From positions 29,946,001 to 30,010,000 of the forward strand of contig CM069141.1 of assembly GCA_035221665.1 (NCBI GenBank): 64,000 nt of DNA, in the 5' to 3' direction. Positions 61,402-64,000 of this stretch are shown in pieces; within the stretch, counting starts at the first letter, position 1; every line of letters starts with the position of its first letter. This DNA is from Okamejei kenojei. Its lineage: Eukaryota. The translations under genes were made by a program, and so were the position numbers. Under the pieces are notes generated by a model. It was not told where the DNA came from and did no database searches. It saw nothing but the letters and a program-made list of their open reading frames with translations.

Positions 61402-61947
61402 TGTAGTGCTTATTAGTAGTTACTCCGCCTAATATGCGATTCATATTACCAAGCGCTTATTTACGTAAGTCAGTCTGAGTAGCTGCTAGTTACTGTAATG
61501 TCCTACAGACTGATGCTGTAAGTGGACTTTAATAAACATGTGTTGTATCTTGATGTGTGCCCGCCTTGACTCATTACATGGTGTCAGAAGTGAGATTCGA
61601 ACCCTTCTCCTCCCTTCCTCTAATGAGCAACTTGACCCTGAGGTAACCATGTTTGCAGAGTATCCCTGCACCATCATTGTTGATGACATTCTCGTCTACG
61701 GGCACGACTTGGCAGAACATGATGCTATTCTGAAGAAAGTACTGGACCATGCCATAGACATTCAGCTCAAACCCATGCTCCCCTGCCTGTTTCCCAGAGA
61801 TCTCAACACAGCCATCAAACGCCCGCACTACCCTGTGTGAACAGTAGAGGAAGTTGCTGCTCAAATAGGCAATGCATCAGTGTCCTCCGTTCTGGATGCG
61901 AAAAGCTCGTTTTGGCAGATTCCGCTGGACCCAGACTCGTCCAATCT
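61402..61947 (+). mobile_element. Gypsy-type LTR retrotransposon relic: short LTR, tRNA-Leu PBS, rearranged RT pieces
   Basis: LTR TGTAGTG...AATAAA...CATTACA (61402-61578); PBS TGGTGTCAGAAGTG from 61579; RT pieces YPCTIIVDDILVYG and PRDLNTAIKRPHYP..TVEEVAAQ...VLDAKSSFWQIPLD. Confidence 0.85.
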
Positions 61948-62554
61948 TATTCTGCATTTCCTTGTGTCTTCGTTCTGTGAACTGTTTTAAGAAAATGAAT
62001 TCCACTTAATCCACCCAAGGGAATAATGGAGGGAAATTACTCAATGCCACAGAATGCACAGAATGCCAAAAAAAACAATTACATTCCAGTCAATACTCCT
62101 GCTTACCCTTACATGAAGTCTTAACACAAGCGGTCTCATTTTAAAACAATACCTAGACAGGATGTAGAATCATTCCTGTAAGGTACTAAGAATGAACAAG
62201 ATGACTGAGGTAAGAGGTCAAAGATTTTCCTCGCCCAAAAGATCCTTTTACACAATAGTTTGCTCTCTGGCTCCATGATGCTGAGCTATTTGCTGGTCTC
62301 AGAGTTGAAAATAGTTAAAACAATCTAACATCACACTACACCACTACATATCAGGCAATCTACATGCATTCCTAACTGCAGTAAATATTAACCATCATGA
62401 TCTAAATATAGGATTTGATTGAGTGTCTGAACAAAGCAATGATCAATTGCAAAATTGAAAATATTTATTTTGTCAATCCTAAACATCTGCACTAATATGA
62501 TCTCATCAATGGTTCACTATGTAGCACTCTGTCTATGAGACAGAAGATTTGAGT

Positions 62555-63950
62555 TGAACATAGAGCACAGAACTGGACAGCACAGGGATGTGCCCTCTGG
62601 CCCACAATGTCCGTAACAAATAGGATACTAAAGGGGCTGTCCCACCTGGGCAACCTAATCCGTGAGTTAAGAAGAGTGTCTTCGACCTTCAAGGTCGAGG
62701 GCACTCGCCTGGAAAGCCTCGAGCTGGATCGACTGTCCGCGTTGAAACCGCGAGCTGGATCGACCAACAGCACACAGGGGAGAGAAGGGAGAGAAGGGGA
62801 GACACTTTCAAGAAGTATAATAAAGTTTAGTGAGCATTTTACCCACCGGTCAGTTTTCCCTGCTCCTGAAAACTCCAATGAGCCAATCAAAATGCCCGGT
62901 CAGCGAAGGAGATTGCCTATGGCTGCCCTCGACTGCCTGTAGCTAAACAGCAACCCTACTCCACTGCACTACGAGTCTAAAAGAACCATGCCGACCAAAT
63001 TTTACTCGCAGAAAATATTTCAACATGCTGAAAACTTTTCAGCGACCTAGTTGATGCCACGAGTATTCGGGAACTTCCCTCGAGCACGAAGGAGAGTTCC
63101 AGCTACCTCCTAGGACCACGTGTCGACCAGGCTGTGAGTTTGAAGGTCGAAGACACTCTTCTAAACTCGCAGATTAGGTCGCCCAAGTGGGACAGCCCCT
63201 TCATTTAAACTAATCTCCTCTGCCTGTATGTGATCCATATCACCCCATTCCCAGTATATCCTTATACCTATCTAAAAGCTTATTATATTGCCACTATTGT
63301 GTGTTCTTCCAGCATGATCACGGCATGACACTCCATCCACATGCATCCACAACTCTCTGCGTAAAAATACATGTCTGCACATTTCCTTTATACACTTCAT
63401 CTCATCTCCCTCTCATCTTAAAGCTATGTCCTCTAGTCTTTGGTATTTCAGCCCTAGGAAAAAAGGTTTTGATTGTCTACCTGATCTGTTCCTCTGTAAT
63501 TTTATATACTTCCAAGAGAGCTCCCCTCAAACTCTGACACTCCAGAGAAAACAATCCAAATTTGTCGAACCACTCCTTAAAACTAATACTTTCTAATCCA
63601 GGCATCATTCTACAGGGAGCTATGGATATGAACCCCAACATCCTTCTGTACATCAATACTGTTATGGATCTTGCCATTAACTGTATTCCCCTTACTTTCA
63701 ACCTCCCAAAGTGTAACACCTCACATCTGCTCAGATTAAACTCCACCTGCCACTTCTCTGCCATTTTTGTAGCTGATCTATATCCTGCTGTATATTTTGA
63801 TAACCTTACTCACGGTTCGTAATTTGGCTAATTTTAATATTCTCTGCAAATGTAGTAATCACTTCATCGACATTTAAAACCAAATCATTTATATACTGTA
63901 TAATACAAGTCCCAACAGTGATCCTTGTGGAACTCTACTGCTCACAGAAC
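62555..63950 (-). mobile_element. Older CR1 fragment interrupted by a MITE
   Basis: ORF 63477-63764 AEKWQVEFNLSRCEVLHFGR; 3' UTR split at 62631/63201. Confidence 0.7.
62632..63200. mobile_element. Harbinger/PIF-type MITE
   Basis: About 60-bp TIRs AGGGGCTGTCCCAC...GAAGAGTGTCTTCGACCTTCAA / TTGAAGGTCGAAGACACTCTTC...GTGGGACAGCCCCT; flanked by TAA and TCA. Confidence 0.85.
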
Positions 63951-64000
63951 TACAGCCAGATTAGGTGATATATAAATACAACATGTTGTTCACCTTGCTA

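Noticed and set aside
62107-62152. Minus-strand micro-exon (YCFKMRPLVLRLHVR) with a GTAAGC donor
   Set aside because: Weak acceptor, no homology recognised and no compatible neighbouring exon.
1-64000. CRISPR array, rRNA or prokaryotic operon
   Set aside because: No regularly spaced repeat-spacer array or rRNA-like sequence; the recurring palindromes are dispersed transposon ends in eukaryotic DNA.

Overview
Repeat-dense vertebrate genomic DNA, most likely a cartilaginous fish (skate/ray-like). This is inferred from the HER1-type CR1 LINE tails, HE1/V-SINE-type SINEs and Penelope pseudo-LTRs. No host protein-coding gene could be identified, so the window reads as intergenic or large-intron sequence with a few weak exon-like and CTCF-like signals. 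It holds many CR1 and Rex1/Babar-type LINE fragments, Penelope-like elements (PLEs) whose pseudo-LTRs carry minimal hammerhead-ribozyme-like cores and often form fold-back pairs, and a full-length DIRS1-type retrotransposon (42474-47796, minus) with ITRs and an internal complementary region. It also holds non-autonomous Helitrons (one filled with a 1.7 kb purine tract), hAT and Harbinger MITEs with target-site duplications (TSDs), a multi-level nested insertion at 27.7-31 kb, a rearranged Gypsy relic with an over-long tRNA-Leu primer-binding site, and a 140-N gap. I see unusual transposon architecture but no well-supported new host system. Most element boundaries are approximate; those backed by TSD or TIR evidence are more exact.
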